Of a stretch of DNA of 64,000 nt, positions 8,761 to 18,565 are shown one piece after another. The stretch spans positions 17,315-81,314 of the forward strand of contig DDWY01000017.1 of assembly GCA_002347705.1 (NCBI GenBank), written 5' to 3'. Below the pieces are notes generated by a model. It was given only the letters and a program-made list of their open reading frames with translations, made no database searches and had not been told where the DNA came from. This stretch comes from Anaerolineaceae bacterium UBA2274. GTDB lineage: Bacteria; Chloroflexota; Anaerolineae; Anaerolineales; Anaerolineaceae. A program made the position numbers and the translations under genes. Position 1 is the stretch's first letter. Each line of letters starts with the position of its first letter.

Positions 8761-10596
8761 TCATGGGATCATGATGATCAGGTTGTCAAAGGCAACCTTA
8801 AAGCCGCCTGTTTCGAAAGTGCCAGCTATCAACCCAAAGCTGCCTGGCGAATAATCCGGATCCTGCACTTCTCCAAGCAAAATGCCATCCACCGCCAGCA
8901 GCAGTTTTTCACGGCTGCATTGGACCCCAAGGCGGTAAGGACCGGACCCTGCCAGTTGTTCGCTGTAGGTCCACTCGATCAGGGTAATATAATCATCACC
9001 AAGCTGTTTCCAAATGGTGAAGTAACCGTCCTCGCTGATCTCAAGCGCCGTAAAGTGCTGGTCATCCTGCAGTCCACAAATAAATCCATAGTCCGCATCC
9101 CCTACCGAGTTCACCACGCGCACGTCTGCCTCAGCCATCAGCGCATCATAGGGGAAGTACTGATCGGACCAATACCAATACATGGGTGAGACTACTTCAA
9201 TCGTGTATTCACCATTTTCATAGGCACGCTTCCCATCTTCATCAGAAGTTCTAAGCCAACCGCTGCTCGCATCCGAAAAATCATCCGCAAAAACAACCTC
9301 TCCGACGCCGTGATAGGCCAGGTTTTGGCTTTCCCCGCTGCTGACAGTCACCTCGCCCCGTTTGGCGGCCTCAATCATTTTCCAGGCAAGGTTGATTGGG
9401 CGCAAAGCGTTGATAAACCCGCTCGTTGGCACACAATCATCATCATTATCAATATAGCCGTCGCGGTTGGTATCCCGCACGGGTCTGCAGTCTACTATAT
9501 CCAGTGAGATATCTCCGGAACCCAGCTGGGTTGGGATCCCAACAATTTCCCCCAGGAAATTGACCGCCAGCCCGCCAGAATTTCCACCAGCGATTGTGCC
9601 GCTGGTTTTTATGAAAGCCCGGTTACCAAATGGTTCCTCGGCAGTAAAGCCGCTGACCTCGCCGCGGGTGAGCGTGATCGTCCCGCCCCCGATGACCGGG
9701 TAGCCTAAGATTACGATCGACTCGCCCAAATTGAGAGTGTCCGAGTCGCCAAGCGGCACGAACGGAAGTTTGAGCTGGCTGTAGTCCAGCGGGTTTCCTT
9801 GCATGTCCCAGGCTGGTTTGATGACCGCCAGATCCAACTGCGCGTCCGCCTGAACCACATAAGCATAGTAAGAATCGACTGGCGGCTGATCCTGCGCAAC
9901 AGTCAGCGATACAAGCAGCGCCACAACCTCGTCGTACCTGGTGGAGCTGACAACGTGATCGTTGGTAAGGATCAATCCATCGGAACTGATGATCGTCCCC
10001 GAACCAGTCCAGCGCGGCACATATTCACCCTCAAAATCCACAAAAGCGGTGATCTGTACCACCGCCTGGTAAGGGATAGCGCCAAGGTCGGGAGCTGGCT
10101 CTTCCGGAGAGAGTCCGGGATCCCAACCTGTGGGGGTGGTGCCGGCAATTTTCAGCTTTGTTTCGATGGACGTGATTGATGAAGCTGAAACAACCTGCCA
10201 GTTTCCGCTGACGTCGCCGCTCTTATTAGCCCGGAAGCGAAAAATAAAATCCTCAACCCCGGTCGGAGCGATCGTTATATCCAGCCTGATGACTCCATCC
10301 CCATTCGCCTGCTGCTCCATGCTCAGCGGAGGGATTGAGCCTTCGTAGCTAGCCCATTGGAAAAAATTGGATTCAAAGCGGATTTCTTTTACAGCGGCAT
10401 TGACAATATCCGGGTTGGAAAGTGTCAACTCCAGGTCAAATACCTGTCCTTGCTGGATGGCTGTACCTGGGTTTTTGGCACTTACCTGGAGTTTCCCCCC
10501 GCCGCTTGGTTCCAGCACGACGCAGGAACCCGCAAGCAGCATCACGATCAACAAGAGTAACAAGTTTTGTCTGAGTTTAACTATCATGGTTTTCAT
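8761..10596 (-). CDS. Secreted or lipid-anchored trypsin-like serine protease (S1C-like) with N-terminal beta-sandwich and a C-terminal lectin-like domain
   Basis: 611 aa. Signal with LLAGSC lipobox. Triad contexts LILTNDHVV, LDLAVIK, GNSGGLAVNFLGEIVGIPT. Confidence 0.85.
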   Translation of the reverse strand: MKTMIVKLRQNLLLLLIVMLLAGSCVVLEPSGGGKLQVSAKNPGTAIQQGQVFDLELTLSNPDIVNAAVKEIRFESNFFQWASYEGSIPPLSMEQQANGDGVIRLDITIAPTGVEDFIFRFRANKSGDVSGNWQVVSASSITSIETKLKIAGTTPTGWDPGLSPEEPAPDLGAIPYQAVVQITAFVDFEGEYVPRWTGSGTIISSDGLILTNDHVVSSTRYDEVVALLVSLTVAQDQPPVDSYYAYVVQADAQLDLAVIKPAWDMQGNPLDYSQLKLPFVPLGDSDTLNLGESIVILGYPVIGGGTITLTRGEVSGFTAEEPFGNRAFIKTSGTIAGGNSGGLAVNFLGEIVGIPTQLGSGDISLDIVDCRPVRDTNRDGYIDNDDDCVPTSGFINALRPINLAWKMIEAAKRGEVTVSSGESQNLAYHGVGEVVFADDFSDASSGWLRTSDEDGKRAYENGEYTIEVVSPMYWYWSDQYFPYDALMAEADVRVVNSVGDADYGFICGLQDDQHFTALEISEDGYFTIWKQLGDDYITLIEWTYSEQLAGSGPYRLGVQCSREKLLLAVDGILLGEVQDPDYSPGSFGLIAGTFETGGFKVAFDNLIIMIP

Positions 10597-10723
10597 TACA
10601 AATCTCCGCAGAATCGTGGATACTCATCTATTGTACATGAAAGAGACCAGTTTTCGATAAGCAACACCCACCATAGGCCCCAGCCAGTATAAATACCCTC
10701 AGCCATCTCGGGAGGAGTCATCC

Positions 10724-11389
10724 ATGGAACAGTCTTCAACCATTCAAAAAGCAATAAAAAGCACCAATCTTACGGCGCTTGTCTTAGCCGCAATCGCCAT
10801 TCTGCTTTTAGCCCTCCTGGTGGCTTTCAATATTAAACCACTCTACAATCACTTTACGGGACCTTTTGAGGTTAGCAGCGAGGAGTTGATTTCGTATCAA
10901 GGTCCACAGGACACTTTCCGCACTTATGTGACGACCTATCCAATTATGGCTCTGGACACCAGCTATTACTTGTTTGAAAAATTGGATAATGGCACTGAAT
11001 TTATTAGCCATTCTTATTATGCGCTGCTGTTTGATGACCGGCTTTTGTTGGCAAAGTTCCCTGGTTCCGGGAGAGGCGATGACCTTCAACCAGGACCTGT
11101 GACTGGCAAAATTGTCAGGTTGACGAATGAAGAAAAATTTCAGGTTTTACAGGCTCTCAAAGAGGAATATCCTAATCTCAAAGAGGTCTTTTTGCCTTAC
11201 CTTTTGGACACAACAGCGGATAGCGGGTCAGTTTGGCTCCCAATCGTCGGCATCGCTATCCTTTTTGTCCTTTCCGTCTTGAGCCTGGTCAACCTCATCC
11301 GCTGCTCTAACGACTCCTCAAAGCATCCGATTGAAAGCGTAATCTCAAACCCTGACGACTGGCAGCAAACCCCCAACGTACCGATGTAG
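10724..11389 (+). CDS. Hypothetical membrane protein (two TM segments)
   Basis: 221 aa. TM at LTALVLAAIAILLLALLVAF and VWLPIVGIAILFVLSVLSLV. No recognisable family. Confidence 0.6.
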   Translation: MEQSSTIQKAIKSTNLTALVLAAIAILLLALLVAFNIKPLYNHFTGPFEVSSEELISYQGPQDTFRTYVTTYPIMALDTSYYLFEKLDNGTEFISHSYYALLFDDRLLLAKFPGSGRGDDLQPGPVTGKIVRLTNEEKFQVLQALKEEYPNLKEVFLPYLLDTTADSGSVWLPIVGIAILFVLSVLSLVNLIRCSNDSSKHPIESVISNPDDWQQTPNVPM

Positions 11390-11496
11390 GAGCATGCCAT
11401 TGCTAAGCCTCGCCCTTCCCTGAATCTTGTAAACAATCACCCCGGAGAATGTGTAGATAATCATAATTATCTAAACACCCCAAGGTTACCCTGGGC

Positions 11497-11516
11497 GGGC
11501 ATGGCATGCCATGCCC
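11497..11516. repeat. Perfect 20-bp palindrome GGGCATGGCATGCCATGCCC
   Basis: The reverse complement is identical to the sequence. It lies in the convergent intergenic region next to a ggttaccc motif and a gtaaacaatcacccc motif that also occurs at ~37.63 kb. Confidence 0.9.
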
Positions 11517-11627
11517 CTACCTCAGGAATTTTGTTCTCGCCGGCTTGTTGCGTGCGAAGACACGTTCAAAAATTTGGTAGGGTTGATGCACGCGTCAACC
11601 AAGAAGTTATGGAACGGGAAGGCTCAG

Positions 11628-12272
11628 CTAATTCCAGTTAATAGTCGGGTCGAGTGGCCAACCAAGTGCTTCCGGGTCGGTACCATACCAATCATTCGGG
11701 TCAACGTTGGTGGTTTCCATTCCCGCTTTGACTTCGACGGCGACCAATGTGTGATCCGTGCAACTCTCCAGGTAGCCGCAAGTGACGAAATTGGAATATG
11801 CCGCGTAAAAGGTTCGGGTAGGATTCTCAATCAGATAAGCCAGCACATGATACTTGCCCACCGGCAGTGCTTCAAACCGGTAATTCATCTGGTTCAGCAC
11901 CGTATTTTGCCAATAATACTCACCTGTCAGGATATTAAATGCCACAACCCTTAGCGGTGGCACCATTTCCGAGGGATAACCCAGTCTCCCCGAAACGCTT
12001 CCGGTGGCTTGGACAGTCGCTGTCGGTACAGGTGTCTCAGTAGGTGTAAGCGGTGTTGAAGTGGGCTCGGGCGTCGGGCAGACCGGACATGTCGCTGTTG
12101 GTTGTGCTAATAGCGTTTCTAAAGAGGTTATTTGGTCTGCCTGAATTGTTGATTGAACATTAACAGCTACCAATGTTGCCCGCAGTTCGGCTTCAACGTT
12201 GGTATTCTGAGGAGTGACGCAGGCGCTCAGCGTCACAAGAAGAATAATCACAGCAAAAAGGATTCGTTTCAT
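11628..12272 (-). CDS. Hypothetical lipoprotein
   Basis: Start at ATG 12272 with GAGAGGAG upstream. MKRILFAVIILLVTLSAC lipobox, Thr/Pro-rich linker, no recognisable family. The ORF-track start is 12338. Confidence 0.65.
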   Translation of the reverse strand: MKRILFAVIILLVTLSACVTPQNTNVEAELRATLVAVNVQSTIQADQITSLETLLAQPTATCPVCPTPEPTSTPLTPTETPVPTATVQATGSVSGRLGYPSEMVPPLRVVAFNILTGEYYWQNTVLNQMNYRFEALPVGKYHVLAYLIENPTRTFYAAYSNFVTCGYLESCTDHTLVAVEVKAGMETTNVDPNDWYGTDPEALGWPLDPTINWN

Positions 12273-12456
12273 GGGTCTCCTCTCAATCGGGACAGGTTGT
12301 ATGTGATTATACAATCTCAAAGCTTTCATAAAAGCCATTGATTAAGGTTTTAAAGAATTGACTGCTTGCCCCTCTACTACTCCTATTATTCATCTCCGCA
12401 GTAGCAACCTTTTCCGCTGCCATCGAAATTTCCACTAAATCGCTTATACTTTACCC

Positions 12457-13689
12457 ATGCTTGAATTTGACTTTCCGCCGCTCCAACCAATGATCTTCAC
12501 CGTCACCTCCCTCAGCAACTATCTGCGCGAGGTACTTGAGTCGGACGAAATCCTGCGCGACGTCTGGGTTCGGGGAGAGATTTCCAACTTGAGCCAGCCG
12601 CGTTCCGGGCATCTTTATTTCACCCTCAAAGACAGCGAAGCACAACTGCGCTGCGTGATGTGGAAGAGCCAGACCTTCCGCCTGCGTTTCAACCCCAAGG
12701 ATGGCCTGAGCGTGGAAGCCCACGGCGCCATGAGCCTTTATCCAGCTGGGGGGCAGGTGCAGCTTTACATCGACCAAATGCAGCCGGTTGGGGAAGGTCA
12801 GCTCTACCAGGAATTTCTGCGCCTCAAAGCCCGCCTTGAAGAAGAGGGGCTCTTTGCGTCCGAACTGAAGCGCCCGCTGCCGCAATTCCCGCGACACATC
12901 GGCGTCATCACCTCCGCCAGCGGAGCTGCCCTGCAGGACATTCTGAACACCCTGCGCCGGCGCCTGCCGCTGGTGCGCGTCACGCTTGCCCCGACCCCTG
13001 TTCAGGGTGCTGAAGCCCCTGCCGGCATAGTCAGCGCTTTTCAGTCGCTCAAGACTCTGCCCGATCTGGACCTGATCATCCTTGCCCGCGGTGGCGGCTC
13101 GATTGAGGATTTGTGGTCATTCAATGATGAAGCCGTCGCTTACGCCATCCGCGCCTCGCACGTGCCAGTCATCTCGGGCGTGGGGCACGAAACGGACTTC
13201 ACCATCGCCGATTTCGCAGCCGACCTGCGCGCCCCCACCCCCACAGCCGCAGCCGAACTTGCTACCCCGATTACCAGTGCTGACCTGGCAGCGGAGCTTC
13301 TCGCCATCCGACAAAATCTGAACCTCAACCTCAAAACCAGGTTGAGCAATTTGCGTCAGGACTTGCTGCTTGCAGAAAACCGCTTGCAGCGTCACTCTCC
13401 GGCACAGCGAGTGCGCACTTACCTTCAATCTCAGGACGAAACACGCGAGCGTCTCGAGCGCGCCATGCGCCACTATCTTGCCGAGCGTCAGCTCAAACTG
13501 CAAAACCAGCTTGCCCGCCTGGAAAGCGTGAGCCCAATGGCAGTGCTCAGGCGCGGCTTTGCCATCGTCAGCGACGCCCAGACCCACCAACTGATTTCGC
13601 GCCGCGATCAGACCAATCCAAACCAATCCATCCAGATCCAGTTGAGCGATGGCAAAATTGCCGCAACTATCTCAGGAGATAACTCATGA
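12457..13689 (+). CDS. xseA: Exodeoxyribonuclease VII large subunit
   Basis: 410 aa. OB-fold N-terminus VWVRGEISNLSQPRSGHLYFTLKD, catalytic core IGVITSASGAALQDIL ... ARGGGSIEDLWSFNDE ... VISGVGHETDFTIADF. Confidence 0.95.
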   Translation: MLEFDFPPLQPMIFTVTSLSNYLREVLESDEILRDVWVRGEISNLSQPRSGHLYFTLKDSEAQLRCVMWKSQTFRLRFNPKDGLSVEAHGAMSLYPAGGQVQLYIDQMQPVGEGQLYQEFLRLKARLEEEGLFASELKRPLPQFPRHIGVITSASGAALQDILNTLRRRLPLVRVTLAPTPVQGAEAPAGIVSAFQSLKTLPDLDLIILARGGGSIEDLWSFNDEAVAYAIRASHVPVISGVGHETDFTIADFAADLRAPTPTAAAELATPITSADLAAELLAIRQNLNLNLKTRLSNLRQDLLLAENRLQRHSPAQRVRTYLQSQDETRERLERAMRHYLAERQLKLQNQLARLESVSPMAVLRRGFAIVSDAQTHQLISRRDQTNPNQSIQIQLSDGKIAATISGDNS

Positions 13690-13907
13690 CCGACCAATCC
13701 ACACCCAGTTTTGAAACTGCCTTTGCCTCCCTGCAGCAGATCATCACCCAGCTCGAAAATACTGAACTGCCGCTGGAGGAAGCACTGAAACTGTATGAAG
13801 AAGGCAAACGCCTGAGCGACATCTGCAGCCAACTGCTGGAGACCGCTCAATTACGCGTGGAAACGCTTAGCTCGACCACTTCATCCGTGGATGGTGAGTC
13901 GGCGTGA
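13686..13907 (+). CDS. xseB: Exodeoxyribonuclease VII small subunit
   Basis: 73 aa. FETAFASLQQIITQLENTELPLEEALKLYEEGKRL. Its ATG overlaps the xseA stop (ATGA). Confidence 0.9.
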   Translation: MTDQSTPSFETAFASLQQIITQLENTELPLEEALKLYEEGKRLSDICSQLLETAQLRVETLSSTTSSVDGESA

Positions 13908-14371
13908 ACTTTTTAAGTTTCTTCACCAATCCGGTTGGTATCTCAACCATGCTTAGCTGGATCCTGGCACAGTTGATCAAAGTGCCGGTTGAGTACCTGC
14001 GCTACAAACGCTGGGACTGGACGCTGCTGTTGAACGCCGGAGGTATGCCCTCTTCGCACTCCGCGCTGATGACCGCCGTTGCGACTTCCATAGGACTAAA
14101 CGCGGGTTGGGACAGCCCGATGTTCGCCCTGGCACTCGCGATTGCTGGTATCGTGGTATACGATGCAACAGGGGTCCGCCGCCAGGCAGGCTTGCATGCT
14201 GAACGCATCAATCAGATTGTGCGCGAGCTGCTGCATTTGAAGAAACTGGAGGAGGACCAGGTCTCCTACCTGCGGGAAATCATCGGTCACACTCCTGGCG
14301 AAGCCGTCGCGGGTGTGTTTTGTGGGATAGTGATTGCTTTCGCGGTGCAGTGGATCATGGTTTGGCGCTGA
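13904..14371 (+). CDS. Divergent PAP2 family membrane protein (DUF212, acid phosphatase / haloperoxidase-related)
   Basis: 155 aa. GGMPSSHSALMTAVATSIGL, VVYDATGVRRQAG, GHTPGEAVAG. The GTG start overlaps the xseB stop (GTGA). Confidence 0.8.
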   Translation: MNFLSFFTNPVGISTMLSWILAQLIKVPVEYLRYKRWDWTLLLNAGGMPSSHSALMTAVATSIGLNAGWDSPMFALALAIAGIVVYDATGVRRQAGLHAERINQIVRELLHLKKLEEDQVSYLREIIGHTPGEAVAGVFCGIVIAFAVQWIMVWR

Positions 14372-14382
14372 TGCTGTTAGTT

Positions 14383-15757
14383 AGTTGCCATTGCGAGCAT
14401 CCTTTGCGTCACGCAGGGTACTATTTCGTAAGCAATCTAAACTGATGACGGCTTCAGTCCTTGCGAATCCTTTTTTAATCTGTCATTGCGAGCGGTTTCT
14501 GACATTGCAAGCGCAGCGAAGCAATCTAAACTGTAGGCGCACCGTAAAGGTCAGTCTTTAGATAGATACCGCAATATTCCCGCAACTTCCCAGATTTGAG
14601 ATTGCCGCGACCTTTGCCAAATCTCTACCCTTTTCATCCATCACATCCTGTTGGCAAAGGTCTCGCAATGACAGGCGAGGGGTTATTGTCATTGGAAACG
14701 CAGCGAAGCAATCTAAACTGTAGACGTTTTCTGTCATTGCGAGCCTCTTTTGCGAAGCAATCTAAAATGATAACCCTCGACAAAATTCAACCATTGGATA
14801 GATACCGCAATATTTCTGCAACTTCCCAGATTTGAGATTGCCGCGACCTTTGCCAAAGCACCACCCCTTTAACCTATCGTCCTACTGGCAAAGATCTCGC
14901 AATAACAGGTGTGTGGTTTTCTGTCATTGCAAGCGAAGCAATTTAAAATGCGGGCGGTTTCTGTCATTGCGAGCGCAGCGAAGCAATCTAAACTGTAGGC
15001 GCACCGTAAAGGTCAGTCTTTAGATAGATACCGCAATATTCCCGCAACTTCCCAGATTTGAGATTGCCGCGACCTTTGCCAAAGCATCACCCATTTCAAC
15101 TCTATCATCCTGCTGGCAAAGGTCTCGCAATGACAGGTTAGCGATACCCGCATCAACCATCTCAACATCCGGACAAAGGTCTCGCAATGACAGGCGAAGG
15201 GTTATTGTCATTGCGAGCGAAGCAATCTAAACTGTAGGCGCACCGTAAAGGTCAGTCTTTGGATCGATACCGCAATAATCCCGCAACTTCCCAGATTTGA
15301 GATTGCCACGACCGTTGCCAAAGCACTGCCTTTTTCATCCATTACTTCCTGCTGGCAAAGGTCTCGCAATGACAGGTATGTGGCAGGCATGACTATCAGC
15401 CTTCGGTGAGTTTTACTGTGATCGCGAACCTCTTTTGCTAAGCAATCTAAAATGCAGGCGGCTACTGTCATCGCGAGCCTCTTTTGCGAAGCAATCTAAA
15501 TTATTGGCACATCACGAAACTTAACCACTGGATAGATACCGCAATGTTCCCTCAACTTCCCAGATTTGAGATTGCCACGACCTTTGCCAAAGCACCACCC
15601 CCTCAACCTTCACAGCCTATGGGCAAAGGTCTCGCAATGACAGGTGTGTGTTACCTGCATCGACCATCTCAACATCCAGACAAAAGCCTCCCAATGACAG
15701 GTGTGTATTATCCGCATCAAGCATCATAGCCTGCTGGCAAAGGTCTCACAATACCAG
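14383..15757 (+). repeat. 1.4-kb tandem array of five composite repeat units (226-269 bp) built from nested hairpin modules
   Basis: The anchor gatagataccgcaatattcccgcaacttcccagatttgagattgccgcgacctttgccaaag occurs at 14561, 14797, 15023, 15262 and 15531, all in the same orientation. Each unit also carries tgtcattgcgagc..gaagcaatctaaa and ..ggcaaaggtctcgcaatgacagg modules. Confidence 0.95.
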
Positions 15758-15770
15758 CTACATGTTATTG

Positions 15771-16646
15771 CTAATCACCCAAATCCAGGTAAATCACACC
15801 CAGGGCATAGCCGAGCTTGGAAGGGCTCCGCAGGGCTGCCCGCTGAAGGCTCGTCTGCTGGGGATAATCTGCTTTCCGCCGGAAGCGCCTGCCGAAGATA
15901 CGCTCCATAGCCTGAGTGTCATCCCCCGTTTGACTGATCACATCAAAATTCTTTACAAAACCCAAAATCCGGCTGTCAGAAGGAAGCAGATCCTTCAAAC
16001 CTGAGTGCAACAACCACGAATAGCACACCATCGCCCGGAATTGCGTCCCTGGGAAAACATCTTCAAAGAAACCACTTGCCATCTGCAGCGACTCAGCCAC
16101 ACGCTCCTGCGCCAGATCTGCCCCGTGTTGGATGTGCACATTCAACACGGGCACGCCCGCCGGCAGCCTGGATTTCTGAGAATCAGTAACCACAAAAAAC
16201 GGACTTCCGTTCTTGTGGCTTTCCAAGTAAAACATCTTGGTCGGCTGATACTGCAGCACACCCAGCTTGAAAATCTGCACGCTTATCAAATGCCGCAGCC
16301 AGATGCAATCCGCGCGGCTCAGTCCGATTTTGGCGGTTTGTTGGTAAAACAAGCGCTGCCGCAAGGTAACATCGCTGAATGTATCTGTTATTATCCCCGC
16401 TGGAACACCAAGAGCCTCATACTCGCCCCGAATCTCAGCCAACTTCCAGACGAGCACCGCCAACCTGCCCAGCGGATGCAAGCGGCAGATTGGAAAGTCC
16501 GGTACTTCGCCCTCGTAAGCGCTCTCCGCCAAGGCCACCATCTGGCGCAAGTGCCGCTGAGCGTAGCCAATGACCGATGCATCAGCCTCCTCGCCTAAAG
16601 CAAGGCTTGCTAATTCTTTCTGGAAAGCGAGAGGGAGCTCAACCAT
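15771..16646 (-). CDS. Putative acyltransferase-like protein (DUF5596 N-domain / GNAT-like C-domain type)
   Basis: Start at internal ATG 16646 (MVELPLAFQKEL); the ORF track extends into a repeat hairpin at 16727. VLQYQP, MVCYSWLLHSGLKDLLPSDSRI resemble the family as I remember it. The assignment is tentative. Confidence 0.45.
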   Translation of the reverse strand: MVELPLAFQKELASLALGEEADASVIGYAQRHLRQMVALAESAYEGEVPDFPICRLHPLGRLAVLVWKLAEIRGEYEALGVPAGIITDTFSDVTLRQRLFYQQTAKIGLSRADCIWLRHLISVQIFKLGVLQYQPTKMFYLESHKNGSPFFVVTDSQKSRLPAGVPVLNVHIQHGADLAQERVAESLQMASGFFEDVFPGTQFRAMVCYSWLLHSGLKDLLPSDSRILGFVKNFDVISQTGDDTQAMERIFGRRFRRKADYPQQTSLQRAALRSPSKLGYALGVIYLDLGD

Positions 16647-16735
16647 TCTTGCCAGACAAGGTTGATTTCTTACATTTTTCAGGGCAGACACAGGGGTCTG
16701 CCCCCACGAAAGCCACCTCTCCCTCAACCCCCCAG

Positions 16736-16769
16736 TTGTAGGGGTAACCCCCCGTGGTTACCCGTGTAG
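16736..16769. repeat. Repeat family C hairpin (GTAGGGGTAACC..GGTTACCCGT)
   Basis: ttgtaggggtaaccccccgtggttacccgtgtag. Near-identical cores occur at 37541-37570 and 37723-37752. Confidence 0.85.
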
Positions 16770-16912
16770 ACAGCATAGACAGGGTGGCCTTTACGACCCA
16801 AGAAAATCTGCTTGAAAGATAAAAGGAAATGCTCACACAAACGCCATATAAGCCTTCATTGTTCAACCATTTGATGCGAATACTGACCAACTGGTCAGAT
16901 TTTGCAATACTT

Positions 16913-18565
16913 TCAGCCTTTTTCAGCCAGCTTGCCTTTTATTTTCAATAAGATTGCATCCAACTCCGGCACTTTCAACAGCTTCAGCATCACGCCGTAA
17001 ACCAGCACCCCCAACATAACTCCCACAGCTAACACCAACAATTTGTTTAAGTTCCCGAACAGTGTCATCCATCCGAACAGCACCAAGCCCATCATAATGC
17101 TGCCAGTTAGAGCCAGCGCACCAGTCCGCAAGATTTGCTTCCCACCAACTCCATGTAAGCGCCGGCGCATGATCGCAAACAAAACCAGGCATTCCACCGC
17201 GGTGGCTGTAGTGTTTGCCAGCGCCAGACCTCCCAAAGGCAGCCAGCCTATCTGGCTGAAAAGCCGGGAGAAGAAAAAGGAAAGCAGAATGTTGCCCGTC
17301 ATCGCCGCGACCCCAACCAGAACCGGGGTTTTGGTGTCGTGCATGGCGTAAAAAGCGCGGCTCAACACTTCCACCAGGCTGTGCCCGGTCAGCCCAAGGG
17401 CATACCAGAGCAGCGCCCAGGCAACCATCTGGGTGGATGTGGCATCGAAGCTGCCGCGTTCGTACAAAACCCGCACCAGTGGCACACGCAGAAAGACAAG
17501 CCCAATCGTAGCAGGCAGTGCCAACAGAAGCATAACACGCACAATGCTTGAAAGAGTCTGGCGAAAGTCCTCAAATTTTCCCAGTTCCACCTGCGCTGAG
17601 AGCGTCGGCAGCGAAGCCGTGCCAGCGGACTGCGCAATCGCCGCCTGAGGCATCAACATCAGTGTAAACGCCCAGGTGAGCGCACTTGCGGATCCTGCCC
17701 CAAGCGAGAGGCTAATGATGGTGTTTGCAACAAAATTCAACTGCACGATGCCTGCCCCAAAAATCCGCGGCAGCATCAGGCGCAGCACTTTGCGCACCGG
17801 ATCGTCCCTGAAACCTGCTGCCAATTCGTAATTACGGGCAGGCAGGCGCAAGAGCGCCGGCAATTGCAGCAACAAATGCCCGGCTGCGCCAATCACGGTG
17901 CCGATCGCGAGGCGCTCGATTCCCCAGGAGGCTGGCAGCAGCCATACCCCCAGGATGATGCCAAAAGAATAGGCTGCAGGTGCCAACGCCGGCCAAAGGA
18001 AGACCTGGTGGGCGTTCAGCATGCCCATCACCAAACCGCTGATCCCAAAAATGATCACCGTTGGCAGCATGATGCGCAGCAGGCGAGCCGTCTCAGCCAC
18101 TTGCGCGGCGTTCGATTCCGGCACAAGCGCGAACAATCCGCGCTCAACCAAAAATGGCGCAAATATCCACATCAGGGTTGAAGCCAAAATCAGGACGATC
18201 AAAACCGAGTTCACCACCCCCGAAGCCAAGCGCCAGGCGCCTTTTTGATCCTTACGCGTCAAGTAACCTGTAAACATCGGGATAAAAGCTGAACCCAGAG
18301 CGCCCCCAGCCGTAAGGTTGAAGAGCAGCTCGGTCACGCGGTTGGCAGCGTTGAACGAATCGAGGGAAACACTGGTGCCAAAAGCATGCGAAACAACCAT
18401 GCCGCGTACTATCCCCACCATCGTGCTAAGAATATAAGCAATCATCACGATTCCAGCCGCGCGCGCAATCTGCCGCCCAGCCTGAGCACTCCCAGTGTCG
18501 CTTAGATCCAAGGGCTTTTGGAGTTTTTCAGGATTATTCACGCCCAGCATCCTTATTTTCTTCAT
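16913..18565 (-). CDS. murJ: Lipid II flippase MurJ (MviN)
   Basis: Polytopic MOP-family protein: IARAAGIVMIAYILSTMVGIVRGMVVSHAFG ... SRAFYAMHDTKTPV. Start uncertain. ATG 18565 has GAGG 9 nt upstream. The ORF-track start is 18613. Confidence 0.9.
   Translation of the reverse strand: MKKIRMLGVNNPEKLQKPLDLSDTGSAQAGRQIARAAGIVMIAYILSTMVGIVRGMVVSHAFGTSVSLDSFNAANRVTELLFNLTAGGALGSAFIPMFTGYLTRKDQKGAWRLASGVVNSVLIVLILASTLMWIFAPFLVERGLFALVPESNAAQVAETARLLRIMLPTVIIFGISGLVMGMLNAHQVFLWPALAPAAYSFGIILGVWLLPASWGIERLAIGTVIGAAGHLLLQLPALLRLPARNYELAAGFRDDPVRKVLRLMLPRIFGAGIVQLNFVANTIISLSLGAGSASALTWAFTLMLMPQAAIAQSAGTASLPTLSAQVELGKFEDFRQTLSSIVRVMLLLALPATIGLVFLRVPLVRVLYERGSFDATSTQMVAWALLWYALGLTGHSLVEVLSRAFYAMHDTKTPVLVGVAAMTGNILLSFFFSRLFSQIGWLPLGGLALANTTATAVECLVLFAIMRRRLHGVGGKQILRTGALALTGSIMMGLVLFGWMTLFGNLNKLLVLAVGVMLGVLVYGVMLKLLKVPELDAILLKIKGKLAEKG

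Noticed and set aside
14596-15729. ORF-track ORFs inside the tandem array (14596..14835, 14832..15023, 15020..15211, 15208..15471, 15484..15729).
   Set aside because: They are built entirely from repeat units and start at TTG within the repeat (MRLPRPLP..). They occur on both strands and have no SD or family resemblance.
14383-15757. Possible CRISPR array: short conserved GGCAAAGGTCTCGCAATGACAGG segments alternating with ~30-36-nt variable segments.
   Set aside because: The 'spacers' are homologous to one another (C/T-rich variants of one sequence). The true period is ~230 bp with a large conserved core. The repeats occur singly all over the window, and no cas genes or leader are present.
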